Source: a virus
Direction: 5' to 3' (one strand)
Virus record (IMG/VR): IMGVR_UViG_3300025121_000030
Location: 1-64,000 of that record
DNA: 64,000 nt
This document shows positions 10,095 to 19,863 of the stretch, piece after piece. Positions within the stretch are counted from its first letter, which is position 1. Each line of letters begins with the position of its first letter. Both the position numbers and the translations under genes were made by a program. The notes beneath the pieces were generated by a model. The model did no database searches. It worked only from the letters and a program-made list of their open reading frames with translations, and had not been told where the DNA came from.

Positions 10095-10204
10095 CTTCTT
10101 TTCTTTGCATAATTTTCTAACGCCCTGCTGTCGTTCCTTACGTCACTCCGCACGCCGAAAGAAAATTTTTGTCGCCAAAGAAAAGAAGCAAAAGAAAGCG
10201 ACAA
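10095..10204. other. structured non-coding element (long hairpin with an alternative pairing)
   Basis: 13-bp IR 10095-10107/10176-10188, inner IR 10111-10118/10160-10167, competing IR 10169-10175/10198-10204; locally GC-rich. Confidence 0.55.
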
Positions 10205-10256
10205 TGGTATTTTTGTATTTTTTATAAATTTTATAGAATATTAATATAAATAAGTG

Positions 10257-10285
10257 TTGACATTTATTTTATTATTGTGTATAAT
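10257..10285 (+). promoter_or_regulatory. consensus sigma-A promoter
   Basis: TTGACA-17-TATAAT. Confidence 0.75.
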
Positions 10286-10557
10286 AAGGACAAGGTAAAA
10301 TTCAATAATAAATAATAAATAATAAAAAAGGGGTGAACAAGGTGTATTTAATTTCTGTATTAATTGGATTTTATTTTTTAGTATTTAAAAGATAATATTA
10401 TTTATTGATTAAATAGTTAACAAAGTATTAATATAATTGTGTTTGTAGTGTGTTGTAAAAAAGAGAAAGTTTCTATATAATATACTTCCTTATATAGAAA
10501 AAAACTCTTTCATAAAAAGTGTAATAAAATCAATAATAATAAGGAGTAGATGGTTAT

Positions 10558-11700
10558 TTGGCAAAGTTAAAAGTTGGAGAAATAGATATTAAGAAATTAG
10601 TAAATATATTTGGCACAGATAAACAAAAAGAAGGTTATAAAAAAGATAAAAAATTAAATAATAGAATAAAGGAAGGTATAATAAAAAAGGCAAGTAAATT
10701 TTGTGAGATAGAAGATTCTGGTCAAGGAATATTTAAAATACATAAAGTTTTTAATTTAGATATGGATAATGATGAATTAATATTTCCATTATTAAAAGGT
10801 TTATCTCAATATATAACTCCATTAATACTAACTAAATTATTAAATGAACAAGATGATAATTATAAAATAACATTATCTTTTATAAGTTGGGCACAAAAAT
10901 TTCAAATGATTAATGGTAATTATAATTTAATGAGATACCATCAAGAGAAAAGTAGTAAATATTTAAAAATAGATGAAAATACAATGTTTGACTATTTTAA
11001 TAAAATGGACGACTGTATTCGGTATTATTTGGAAAAAATTTTAAAGATCCTGAGTAATAAGAGTGGATTAGATTTAATAGAATTTGATTCAGTTACCAAG
11101 GTTAGAAAAATTATTCGCGATCAAAGTATTAAAGGTATTAAAATAAAATTTAAATGTAATTTCATAGATGAAGAAATTTCAGATGAAGATAGAAAATTTG
11201 TAATTGATTGTGAAAATAAAGCAAAAGAAGAAGCAGGTATAATTAATAATAAAGAAAAATTTTATGGCATTAAGGCAAAATTATATAAAGATAAATTAAG
11301 TGAATTGCTTATTGAAAAAGATATTTTATTTACATATCAAGCGTATAATATTTTTTGTAAAAATAAAAAAGAAGTTGAAAATGTATTATCTAAATTTGAA
11401 TCTATATTAGATTATAGAAGTGAAAATTTTATTGAAGAATTTAATAATATTTTTATGGATTATATTGAAAATAAAGCAATTAAAGTAAGTAAAAGAGAAC
11501 AGGATAAATTAAATAAATTATTAGCAGATTGTGAAAATCCAAGTGAAATAAAGTATAATAAACAATTTAGATTAGTTGAAGCATATGTAAAAGATTTTAA
11601 GATGTTATCAGAATTAACTGTACCTGCAAATGCTAAAGATTTAAGTAATGAAATAAAAATACATTTAGCAGAAAAATATCATGTTGATTTTGAAGAATAG
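10558..11700 (+). CDS. hypothetical protein (380 aa), possibly replication-related
   Basis: long ORF with AAGGAG RBS; preceded by IR 10470-10500; no recognised motif. Confidence 0.7.
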   Translation: MAKLKVGEIDIKKLVNIFGTDKQKEGYKKDKKLNNRIKEGIIKKASKFCEIEDSGQGIFKIHKVFNLDMDNDELIFPLLKGLSQYITPLILTKLLNEQDDNYKITLSFISWAQKFQMINGNYNLMRYHQEKSSKYLKIDENTMFDYFNKMDDCIRYYLEKILKILSNKSGLDLIEFDSVTKVRKIIRDQSIKGIKIKFKCNFIDEEISDEDRKFVIDCENKAKEEAGIINNKEKFYGIKAKLYKDKLSELLIEKDILFTYQAYNIFCKNKKEVENVLSKFESILDYRSENFIEEFNNIFMDYIENKAIKVSKREQDKLNKLLADCENPSEIKYNKQFRLVEAYVKDFKMLSELTVPANAKDLSNEIKIHLAEKYHVDFEE

Positions 11701-11736
11701 TAAAAATACAATATAATTAAAAAGGAGATTAATAAT

Positions 11737-13518
11737 TTGAAGAAAGCATTAAGTAAATATGGAAAATTAGTAGATATTATAGAATCTACTAAAGAAGAAA
11801 CATACATATGTCCAGTATGTAAAGAAGAATTAATAAGAAACTTTGGTATTAGTAGACAATATTTTTCTCATCCTAATGGGAGTGAAGATTGTGAATTAAA
11901 ATTTAATTTAATGTTAAAGAATAATGAAAAAATATTATCATCTAATGAAATAGATATTCTAAATAGAGAATATTATAATAAAACATTTGATGATGTACAT
12001 ATTGAATTATCAGATTACATGTCTGAGGAAGGTTATTATTTAACTCAGGAACAGAAAGATATTATATTTGCAAAAGAGGATAGGATAAAGATTGCAGCTT
12101 TAAGTGGTTCGTCGAAAAGTACGACTCTTTATTATTACGCTAAAACACGCCCCTTTAAAAAAATTCTCTACGTAGTATATAATAAAAGTATGCGTGAGGA
12201 AGCCGATAGATTATATTCTAAACTAAATAATGTTACTGTGAAAACTCAACATGGATTTGCCTATGGCATAGTAGGAAAATTTTACAAAAATAAATTAACA
12301 TTCAATTATGGAGTTGTAGATATTATTAAGGATTTAAAACTTGATTGGAATAAAGATATGGAATTAGCAGTTAAAATAGATGCAATGATGAAAAAATATA
12401 TGTTATCTGATAAAATTGAATTTGAAGAGATTGAATTATTTAAAGATGAAGATGGCAATACAACAAAACAAAGAGATTTGATTATACATAAATGTAAAAA
12501 ATTATGGGAATTAAAAAAGGATTATAAAAATTCAGTCAAGGTGGAACATGATTTTTATTTAAAACTCTTCCATCTTAGCAAAATGGATTTATCTAACAAA
12601 TTTGACATAATTATGGTAGATGAATGTCAAGATTTGTCGAAATTATTACTTGATATACTTAAATCATCTAATGTTAAAGGTATAGTAATTTGTGGTGATG
12701 TTTACCAAAGTTTATACAAGTGGAGAGATTCAACTAATATACTACCTTTATTTGAAGGTAAAGAATACAAATTAACCACTTCTTTTAGAGTAAGTCAGAA
12801 TATTGCTAATATTGCTAATCTTATAATTAAAGATATTTATAAAATTGATATTAATATGAAGGGATTTAATGACAAACAAAAAATTGTGGATAATATTGAT
12901 AAATCTAAACCTTATGTTTGTTTATGTAGAACTAATGCATTTATATTAGGTGAAGCAATTGAAGTTATTAGTGCTAATAAAAATGCTAAACTCTATTTTG
13001 AATCTGGTTTTTCTAGTTATAATTTTTCAGTTTTGAAAGATGCCTACTGGTTCTATAAAGGTCACAAAGTTAATAATCCTTTATTTAATAAATTTGAAGA
13101 TTATAATAAGATGATAAAATATGCTGATCGTGTAGGAGATATAGAGATTATTGCTATTAATAGAATGATTGAAAAGTATGGTAGTTTAATTCCTGATATT
13201 ATAGATAGAATAAAAAATAATACAACTAATGATACAAATAAAGCAAATGTTTTATTTAGTACCATACATAAATCTAAAGGAAAATCAATAACACTACCAA
13301 TTTATATTTCTGATGATATATTTGATCTTCCTACTGTTTTTAGAAAGGAATATATAAATAAAGGTGATGACATTGATTTTAAAATAGAAGATTTTTACGA
13401 AGAGGCAAATATTATATATGTTGGAATTACAAGGTCAAATTTTAGAATTTGTTTTAGCGAGAAACTTAAAGAATATTTAATTATGAGATATAAATTTTTT
13501 AAGAACAATAAAATATAA
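11737..13518 (+). CDS. SF1 (UvrD/Rep-like) helicase with N-terminal Zn finger
   Basis: CPVC..FSH..C N-terminus; ALSGSSKS (atypical Walker A), VDECQD, GDVYQSLY, LTTSFR, STIHKSKG, YVGITR. Confidence 0.9.
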   Translation: MKKALSKYGKLVDIIESTKEETYICPVCKEELIRNFGISRQYFSHPNGSEDCELKFNLMLKNNEKILSSNEIDILNREYYNKTFDDVHIELSDYMSEEGYYLTQEQKDIIFAKEDRIKIAALSGSSKSTTLYYYAKTRPFKKILYVVYNKSMREEADRLYSKLNNVTVKTQHGFAYGIVGKFYKNKLTFNYGVVDIIKDLKLDWNKDMELAVKIDAMMKKYMLSDKIEFEEIELFKDEDGNTTKQRDLIIHKCKKLWELKKDYKNSVKVEHDFYLKLFHLSKMDLSNKFDIIMVDECQDLSKLLLDILKSSNVKGIVICGDVYQSLYKWRDSTNILPLFEGKEYKLTTSFRVSQNIANIANLIIKDIYKIDINMKGFNDKQKIVDNIDKSKPYVCLCRTNAFILGEAIEVISANKNAKLYFESGFSSYNFSVLKDAYWFYKGHKVNNPLFNKFEDYNKMIKYADRVGDIEIIAINRMIEKYGSLIPDIIDRIKNNTTNDTNKANVLFSTIHKSKGKSITLPIYISDDIFDLPTVFRKEYINKGDDIDFKIEDFYEEANIIYVGITRSNFRICFSEKLKEYLIMRYKFFKNNKI

Positions 13519-13538
13519 TAATAAGAAGGAGGAATTAT

Positions 13539-14930
13539 ATGAGAAAAGTTTTCTTAGATGATTTACCTAAGAAATATGGTAAAGGTATGTATATTAATAA
13601 ATTATGTTATGATTGGAAGAATAGTGTAGGGTACAAATTAAAATTTATTTATGATAATATTGAAGACGAATTAGAAATTGTTAATTATTATAAAATAAAA
13701 TATCAAAATTATTTAGATATTAAATATAATGATAGAACAGTAAGTATAACTACTAATGTTTTTATTAATTGTGGATTGGGTAATTTATTAAATAAACATA
13801 TTCAAGATTATAAATATAATATTGGCGATATTATAGAAAACAAATTTAGTAAAATAGAAATAATAGAACAAATTAGAATTCCTCGTAAAATAGATATGCA
13901 AAAAGGTTATAAATATAAGTGTTTAAAATGCGGAAACGAAGATCAAATAAGTGAAAGTAAATTAGATGGTAAACGAGGTTGTAATGTTTGTTGTTTTCCC
14001 TCAAAGAAAGTTTTAAAAGGTTATAACGATCTTTGGACTACTCATCCACATATTGCAAAATTATTAAAGGATAAAGAATTAGGATATAAAATAAGTCAAG
14101 GAAAGCATAATTATGAATTATTTGTTTGTCCTAATTGTAGATATGAAAAATTATATCTTCCTTATAACATAATTAGATTTGGCTTTAGTTGTCCAAAATG
14201 CGGAGATGGAATTTCTTTTGCTAATAAAGTAGGATTTAATTTATTAGAGCAATTAGGAATTGACTTTATACCTGAACATAATTTTTATAATTATAGATTA
14301 GATTTTTATTTTGAATTAAATAATAAAAAGTATAATTTTGAAATGGATGGCGGTATAGGTCACGGGAATAAAAATACACTAATTAATAAAACAGCAGAAG
14401 AATCTAAAGAAGATGATAAACAAAGAGATATATTTATAAATCAGCATAATATAGAAGTAATAAGAATTGATTGTTTAAAAAGTGAATTAGAATATATAAA
14501 AACCAATATATTAAATAGTCAATTAAATAATTTGTTTGATTTATCCATAATAGACTGGAATAAATGTGAAGAATTTACTAATAAGAGTTTAGTAAAAATC
14601 GCATGTGATTATTGGAATAATGGTATCAAAAGTACAAAAGGAATAGCAAAATTAATGAAATTATGTCATGCTACTATTGTTTCATATTTAAACAAAGGTG
14701 TTAAATCAGGATTCTGTGATTATAATAAAGGTAAAAGAAAAGTTATTCAATTATTACTTGAAAATAAATTTATAAAAGAATGGGAAAGTATTACAAAGGC
14801 AGAAAAAGAGTTAAATATAAGAGGTATATCATTATGTTGTAGTGGCAAAGCTAAAACAGCAGGTAAATTCAAATGGATGTATAAAGAAGATTACGAAGAA
14901 ATGTTATTAGAATTAGAACAAATACGATAA
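13539..14930 (+). CDS. putative free-standing homing endonuclease (Zn ribbons + Vsr/PD-(D/E)xK-like + NUMOD1)
   Basis: multiple CxxC, GYNDLWTTHP, DFYF...EMDG..H, RIDC, C-terminal ISLCCSGKAKTAGKFKW. Confidence 0.8.
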   Translation: MRKVFLDDLPKKYGKGMYINKLCYDWKNSVGYKLKFIYDNIEDELEIVNYYKIKYQNYLDIKYNDRTVSITTNVFINCGLGNLLNKHIQDYKYNIGDIIENKFSKIEIIEQIRIPRKIDMQKGYKYKCLKCGNEDQISESKLDGKRGCNVCCFPSKKVLKGYNDLWTTHPHIAKLLKDKELGYKISQGKHNYELFVCPNCRYEKLYLPYNIIRFGFSCPKCGDGISFANKVGFNLLEQLGIDFIPEHNFYNYRLDFYFELNNKKYNFEMDGGIGHGNKNTLINKTAEESKEDDKQRDIFINQHNIEVIRIDCLKSELEYIKTNILNSQLNNLFDLSIIDWNKCEEFTNKSLVKIACDYWNNGIKSTKGIAKLMKLCHATIVSYLNKGVKSGFCDYNKGKRKVIQLLLENKFIKEWESITKAEKELNIRGISLCCSGKAKTAGKFKWMYKEDYEEMLLELEQIR

Positions 14931-15062
14931 AATATAAATATAAATTTTTTACATATACATATTTTTTGTTAATTCATATAATAAATAAACCAAAATATAA
15001 AAAGAGGACTCCCCTATTGCTACAACCTAAATAAAATCTATAATCAAGACTGTAAAGAAGGT

Positions 15063-17000
15063 ATGAAGTTACTACCAGATAATTCTATATCATCAATTGT
15101 CACCGACCCACCTTACGGATTATCTAAAGAGCCAAATATAGTAGAGGTTTTAACTAACTGGTTAAACAATGAAGAATACATACATAATTCAAAAGGATTT
15201 ATGAATGTCGCATGGGATTCATTTGTTCCCAATCCTTCTATATGGAAAGAAGCATATAGAGTATTAAAACCAGGAGGATACTTATTATGCTTTGCTGGAA
15301 CACGTACATATGATTTAATGTGTATAAGTTTAAGATTAGCAGTATTTGAAATTAGAGATCAAATTGACTGGATCTATTCGACTGGTTTTCCCAAATCAAT
15401 GAATATCTCAAAAGAAATGGAAAAAAGAAGATGTAAAGTTAATATAGGTGAATGGATTTTAAAAAGAATGGAATTATTAAATTTAGATAAAAAAGATGTT
15501 GCAAAACATTGTAATGTAACACCTAGACAAATAGATCATTGGATTGGTATTAATACTCCTTGTCCTCAAAATCCCAATGAAAAAAGATATTTATTGTTAG
15601 AAGAAATATTGCAGGACAAACCATATTTTAGAGAACAATTTATTAGCAAAAAAGGTAAAAAGATTGGTGAAATTGTGCATCAAAGAAGTGGTGGAAATGA
15701 TTTTGCTAAAATTGTTGGTTCACAATCAAATTCAAAAACAGAAGAATTATTTGATTTAGCAACAGAAGAAGCAAAGCAATGGTCTGGATACGGTACATCC
15801 CTTAAACCAGCACACGAACCAATTATAGTAGCAAGAAAACCTCTAAGTGAAAAAACTATAGTAGATAATGTTCTAAAATGGAACACTGGTGGAATTAATA
15901 TTGATGATTGTAGGGTTGAATATCAATCAGAAGAAGATTTAAAAATTGTTAAAGCAAAATGTAACTTTACTGAGAATTCTAAATCAATAGGATTTGGTAC
16001 ATCAGATACTTTATATGGTACAGGTAGTACACCATTAAACCAAGCAAGAGAATGTGTTAATAATGAAGGTAGATTCCCTGCAAATATAATTATGGACGAA
16101 GAAGCAGGGAAAATATTAGATTTGCAAAGTGGTATTACTAAAAGTGGAAAAGTAAAAGAAAATAAAGATGCTTATAAAGGAGAATCTAATACGGGATTTT
16201 TAAGAGGTAAATCAACATTACAAAATCAACATGGTGATACAGGTGGAGCAAGTAGATATTTTTTAAATATATTATATTGTGAGGATGATTATATATGTGG
16301 GAATATTATAGAAAATCTGAAGGTCGTTGGTACATTAAATGGCGTAATCCAGGAGATAGAAAAATTTATTCAAAACGTAGAGCAAGATATATATGGGAAC
16401 AAAACTATGGAGAAATTCCTGTTGGATTTGAAGTGCATCATATTAATAGTGACAAATCTGACGATAGAATTGAAAATTTGGAATTATTATCAAAATATAA
16501 ACATAATAAATTACATGGAGATGCAAGAAAAGATCATAAAATTATTGATGGAATTGAATATAGAAAATGTCAACACTGTGGAGAATATAAAAATATTAAT
16601 GAATTTTATAAAAGAAATGAATGTTATCAAGGATATTGTAAAAATTGTTCAAGAGAAAAATTACGAGAATGGAGATATATCAACAAAGAATCTAATAATA
16701 AATATCACAGAGAATATCAAAGAGAAAAAAGGAAATTATATTAATTTTATGTATTGTGCTAAAGCAAGTAAAAAGGAACGTGGTGAAGGAAATAATCATC
16801 CATGCGTCAAACCATTATCATTAATTAAATATTTAGTCACATTAGTTACTCCACCTAATGGTATATGCTTAGACCCATTTGAAGGTTCAGGTACAACATT
16901 TCTTGCTTGTCGAGAATCGGGTTTTGATCATATAGGATTTGAAATGAATAAGGATTATTGTGATATTGCAGAGAAAAGATTGAATAATAAAAATACATAA
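15063..17000 (+). CDS. beta-class N4/N6 DNA methyltransferase with an internal HTH and a ~160-aa insertion
   Basis: TDPPY, RVLKPGG, LKPAHEPI, GRFPAN, HPCVKP, DPFEGSGTT; the natural start is probably TTG 15017 with a 1-nt frameshift. Confidence 0.92.
   Translation: MKLLPDNSISSIVTDPPYGLSKEPNIVEVLTNWLNNEEYIHNSKGFMNVAWDSFVPNPSIWKEAYRVLKPGGYLLCFAGTRTYDLMCISLRLAVFEIRDQIDWIYSTGFPKSMNISKEMEKRRCKVNIGEWILKRMELLNLDKKDVAKHCNVTPRQIDHWIGINTPCPQNPNEKRYLLLEEILQDKPYFREQFISKKGKKIGEIVHQRSGGNDFAKIVGSQSNSKTEELFDLATEEAKQWSGYGTSLKPAHEPIIVARKPLSEKTIVDNVLKWNTGGINIDDCRVEYQSEEDLKIVKAKCNFTENSKSIGFGTSDTLYGTGSTPLNQARECVNNEGRFPANIIMDEEAGKILDLQSGITKSGKVKENKDAYKGESNTGFLRGKSTLQNQHGDTGGASRYFLNILYCEDDYICGNIIENLKVVGTLNGVIQEIEKFIQNVEQDIYGNKTMEKFLLDLKCIILIVTNLTIELKIWNYYQNINIINYMEMQEKIIKLLMELNIENVNTVENIKILMNFIKEMNVIKDIVKIVQEKNYENGDISTKNLIINITENIKEKKGNYINFMYCAKASKKERGEGNNHPCVKPLSLIKYLVTLVTPPNGICLDPFEGSGTTFLACRESGFDHIGFEMNKDYCDIAEKRLNNKNT
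16295..16744 (+). CDS. HNH endonuclease + Zn finger, nested out of frame inside the methyltransferase
   Basis: GEIPVGFEVHHINSDKSDDRIENL..H..LH; CQHC/CKNC; own GAGGA RBS at 16281. Confidence 0.85.
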   Translation: MWEYYRKSEGRWYIKWRNPGDRKIYSKRRARYIWEQNYGEIPVGFEVHHINSDKSDDRIENLELLSKYKHNKLHGDARKDHKIIDGIEYRKCQHCGEYKNINEFYKRNECYQGYCKNCSREKLREWRYINKESNNKYHREYQREKRKLY

Positions 17001-17037
17001 TAATTTAAAAATATTTAACATAATATAAAAATAATTA

Positions 17038-17067
17038 TTGACTTCTACCCTACTCTCATGCTATAAT
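17038..17067 (+). promoter_or_regulatory. sigma-A-type promoter
   Basis: TTGACT-18-TATAAT with extended TG. Confidence 0.65.
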
Positions 17068-17135
17068 ACAATTAATCAATAAACAAATACATAAACAAAA
17101 ATCTTAAAAGTAATACAAATCTTATAAGAAAGGAG

Positions 17136-17327
17136 GTGAAAAATCCCCATATGGGTAAATATGAATATAAAGTTGAGTTTGAAACTAATAATTCAAATCT
17201 AAATAATTCAAATGAAATAATTCCTATTATTCTTAATAAAATAACAGATATAATAAGATCAGAATTATTACAATATGTAAATAATCCTATGGTTACTTTT
17301 ACAATATTAGAAAATGATGAAGAATAA
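17136..17327 (+). CDS. hypothetical protein
   Basis: AGGAGG RBS; downstream of the promoter. Confidence 0.6.
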   Translation: MKNPHMGKYEYKVEFETNNSNLNNSNEIIPIILNKITDIIRSELLQYVNNPMVTFTILENDEE

Positions 17328-17381
17328 AAGTTTAATTTAATTTAAACTTATATAAAATCTATAAGAAAGGAGGTCTACCCT

Positions 17382-17768
17382 ATCCAGAAATACTTAGGAA
17401 TTTACAACATCTTTACAGAAAATTACTATAATACAAATGAAACAATAATAGACAAAATGACAAATGAAAAGAATCAATATCTTCAAGGAAATTCAGGTAC
17501 ATATATATACAGATACTCTAAAGACACACTGGCAATATATTTTCCTAGTAATCAAACCATCAATAAATTAGATGAACAAAATATTGAATATACTATCTTA
17601 GCACAAGGCGATACAGAATCTATTTTATTAGTAAATGAAAAATACATAGATAAATTGGATTTAGCACTTAAATTTAAAGTAAAAGGACGTTTAGAACAAT
17701 TAAAAGAATTTAAACGTCAACAAAAATTAGAGAAAAAGTTAGAAAAGGAAAGTAAGAAAATAGTATAA
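17382..17768 (+). CDS. hypothetical protein (probable ATC start; first ATG 17457)
   Basis: AGGAGG at 17368-17373, 8 nt before an in-frame ATC; open frame to 17457. Confidence 0.65.
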   Translation: MQKYLGIYNIFTENYYNTNETIIDKMTNEKNQYLQGNSGTYIYRYSKDTLAIYFPSNQTINKLDEQNIEYTILAQGDTESILLVNEKYIDKLDLALKFKVKGRLEQLKEFKRQQKLEKKLEKESKKIV

Positions 17769-18233
17769 TAAATTAGTATTATTATTTTTTAATTTTTGTT
17801 AGAAATTTTCATATTGATCTAAATTCAATTAATTTTAAAACTGCGATAAACCCTTATAAATCAGTAGTTTGTGGTAATATGCTATAAAGTCAATAATATT
17901 AATGTTTTGTAGCACTTTTAGGAATAATTGTGATTTAAAATTGAATTTCAGAGGTCATATTCAAGAGTTGTGTAAATTTTTATATAGTTATGGGCATAGA
18001 TTTTTAAAGAGCAAATTTGAGTGATAATTTTGCGTTTTAATTAAATTTTATATGAGAAATTTAATTACAAGAAATAGAAATTATATAGTAATGCAAAGTA
18101 GACCAACAAGATTATATTGGAATTTATTTAGGTTAGTGAATAATATAAATAGTATTAGATAGTTAATTGAACAATAAAATATAATATATTAATAAAATAA
18201 ATTAATAAATAATAAAAAGGAAGGTAAATATAT

Positions 18234-18617
18234 ATGAATAAAATAAATAATAATAAATTAAATAAAACTTTTACATATTCAGGAAAACTTACATATTCAG
18301 ATCGTGGTGACTACATCCTCTCTTCCCCTACCCAAACAACAAATATATCTACAATTCTAAAGAAAATAGATTGTTGGTATAGCAATCATATAGATATTAA
18401 GATTTTAAAAGGTTGTAAGATACTATATGATGAGCAGGATGGAAGATTGCTTAAAAAATTAGATAAGTATGGTTTAGATAGTTATCATGTAAATGGATTA
18501 GATTTAGAAGAAGTGCTTTTTAATTCGGTAGGATTAGATATTGATATAGAAATCAGTAGTAGTGCATTAGAGGAAATTGCAGGGTTAGGGGTAGATATTA
18601 TAGATGGGACAAAATAA
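18234..18617 (+). CDS. hypothetical protein
   Basis: ORF with RBS. Confidence 0.7.
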   Translation: MNKINNNKLNKTFTYSGKLTYSDRGDYILSSPTQTTNISTILKKIDCWYSNHIDIKILKGCKILYDEQDGRLLKKLDKYGLDSYHVNGLDLEEVLFNSVGLDIDIEISSSALEEIAGLGVDIIDGTK

Positions 18618-18804
18618 TATAAATGAAAGGAGTATGGATAACAAGAATAATATTATATATTGTTCTAATTGTTTGAGGGAATTGGATAGTAAGGATAAAG
18701 ACGTTGTGAAAGATGTAGATAATAATATTTTCTGTGATAAATGGTGCAAAGGGGAATTTTTAAGAGAGAATTATAAGTTGATTCTAGAAATTATAGGATA
18801 TTAA
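18604..18804 (+). CDS. small Zn-finger protein
   Basis: CSNC...FCDKWC. Confidence 0.65.
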   Translation: MGQNNINERSMDNKNNIIYCSNCLRELDSKDKDVVKDVDNNIFCDKWCKGEFLRENYKLILEIIGY

Positions 18805-18858
18805 GTAGTATTTACATATAAATTTAAATTAATAAATATAAATAAAGGAGATTATATT

Positions 18859-19293
18859 ATGAGTGATAACAGAGAGTTAATTTGGGTAACTAAAGGTCAA
18901 GCAGAAATGTTTAAAGAATTAAATTCAGAAGTCAGTCAGAATAATTTTGTTGATAAGTTAATTAAGGAAAGAAAATTAGATATTCAAAATAGTATTGAAA
19001 ATTTAGATGATGATTTATTAAGATTGAAATCATTTGGTTTAACTTATAAAACTGAACTTAAAAAAGTTTATGATGAGAAGATTTATGAATTGAAAAATAA
19101 GATTACACAATTAAAACCTGAATTAGAGAAAGCTACAAGTCAGGTTAAAGAAGTTAGTAATGCTTTAAGTGGTATATCGACATATTCTATTGAGAGATTG
19201 ATTGATGTTGTGTATAAAGTTAATAATATGAGTGAGAAAGATAAAAAGTTAATGATGGATTTGATTAGTTTAACGACAGATAAAACACTATAA
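18859..19293 (+). CDS. coiled-coil hypothetical protein
   Basis: AAGGAG RBS; heptad pattern. Confidence 0.7.
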   Translation: MSDNRELIWVTKGQAEMFKELNSEVSQNNFVDKLIKERKLDIQNSIENLDDDLLRLKSFGLTYKTELKKVYDEKIYELKNKITQLKPELEKATSQVKEVSNALSGISTYSIERLIDVVYKVNNMSEKDKKLMMDLISLTTDKTL

Positions 19294-19328
19294 AAATATA
19301 ATATAAATAATAAAGGAGAAATGATATT

Positions 19329-19769
19329 ATGAAAATTAGTAAAAATTTCATTGTATCTGAATATGATTTAGATGAAATTGAAGCAATTATGGAAGAAAAA
19401 TTACATAAATTTGTAGTAGAAACTTTTGGTGAAGAAAATTATAAAAATATAAAAGTTAAAGCAGAATACATAGAATACATGGATGATAATATGAGATGTT
19501 TTAAAGATGAATTTAGATGTGAATTATGGTTAGAAGTTATTTTCTCGCAATATAATTATTTAATTAAAGGTCATGGAGTTAGAAATGAGAGTATTAGTAT
19601 GATGTTGGAATATAATGGTAGCAAACCATTTTATATTGACGGCAAGTTTGAGAGTAGAAATGTTTTTGAATGGATACAAGGTGGAATTATACAGAAGTGT
19701 GAAAGTATATATGGGATAGATAAGGAAGATATTTATGAGAAGTTTAATGATTATATGATGGATTGTTAG
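19329..19769 (+). CDS. hypothetical protein
   Basis: AAGGAG RBS. Confidence 0.7.
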   Translation: MKISKNFIVSEYDLDEIEAIMEEKLHKFVVETFGEENYKNIKVKAEYIEYMDDNMRCFKDEFRCELWLEVIFSQYNYLIKGHGVRNESISMMLEYNGSKPFYIDGKFESRNVFEWIQGGIIQKCESIYGIDKEDIYEKFNDYMMDC

Positions 19770-19800
19770 TTAATTAGGTAAGTTATTACTGATAATTAGG

Positions 19801-19835
19801 GATTAGTATAAGAATATTTAATTCTTATACTAATC
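19801..19835. terminator. hairpin / putative terminator
   Basis: gattagtataagaat/attcttatactaatc perfect IR. Confidence 0.5.
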
Positions 19836-19863
19836 AAAATAAAATAATATTTATAAAAGGAGA

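Noticed and set aside
16262-16758. Intein or group I/II intron in the methyltransferase
   Set aside because: No HN-C/S/T intein end, no P7 pair or domain V recognised, and the HNH is in a different frame
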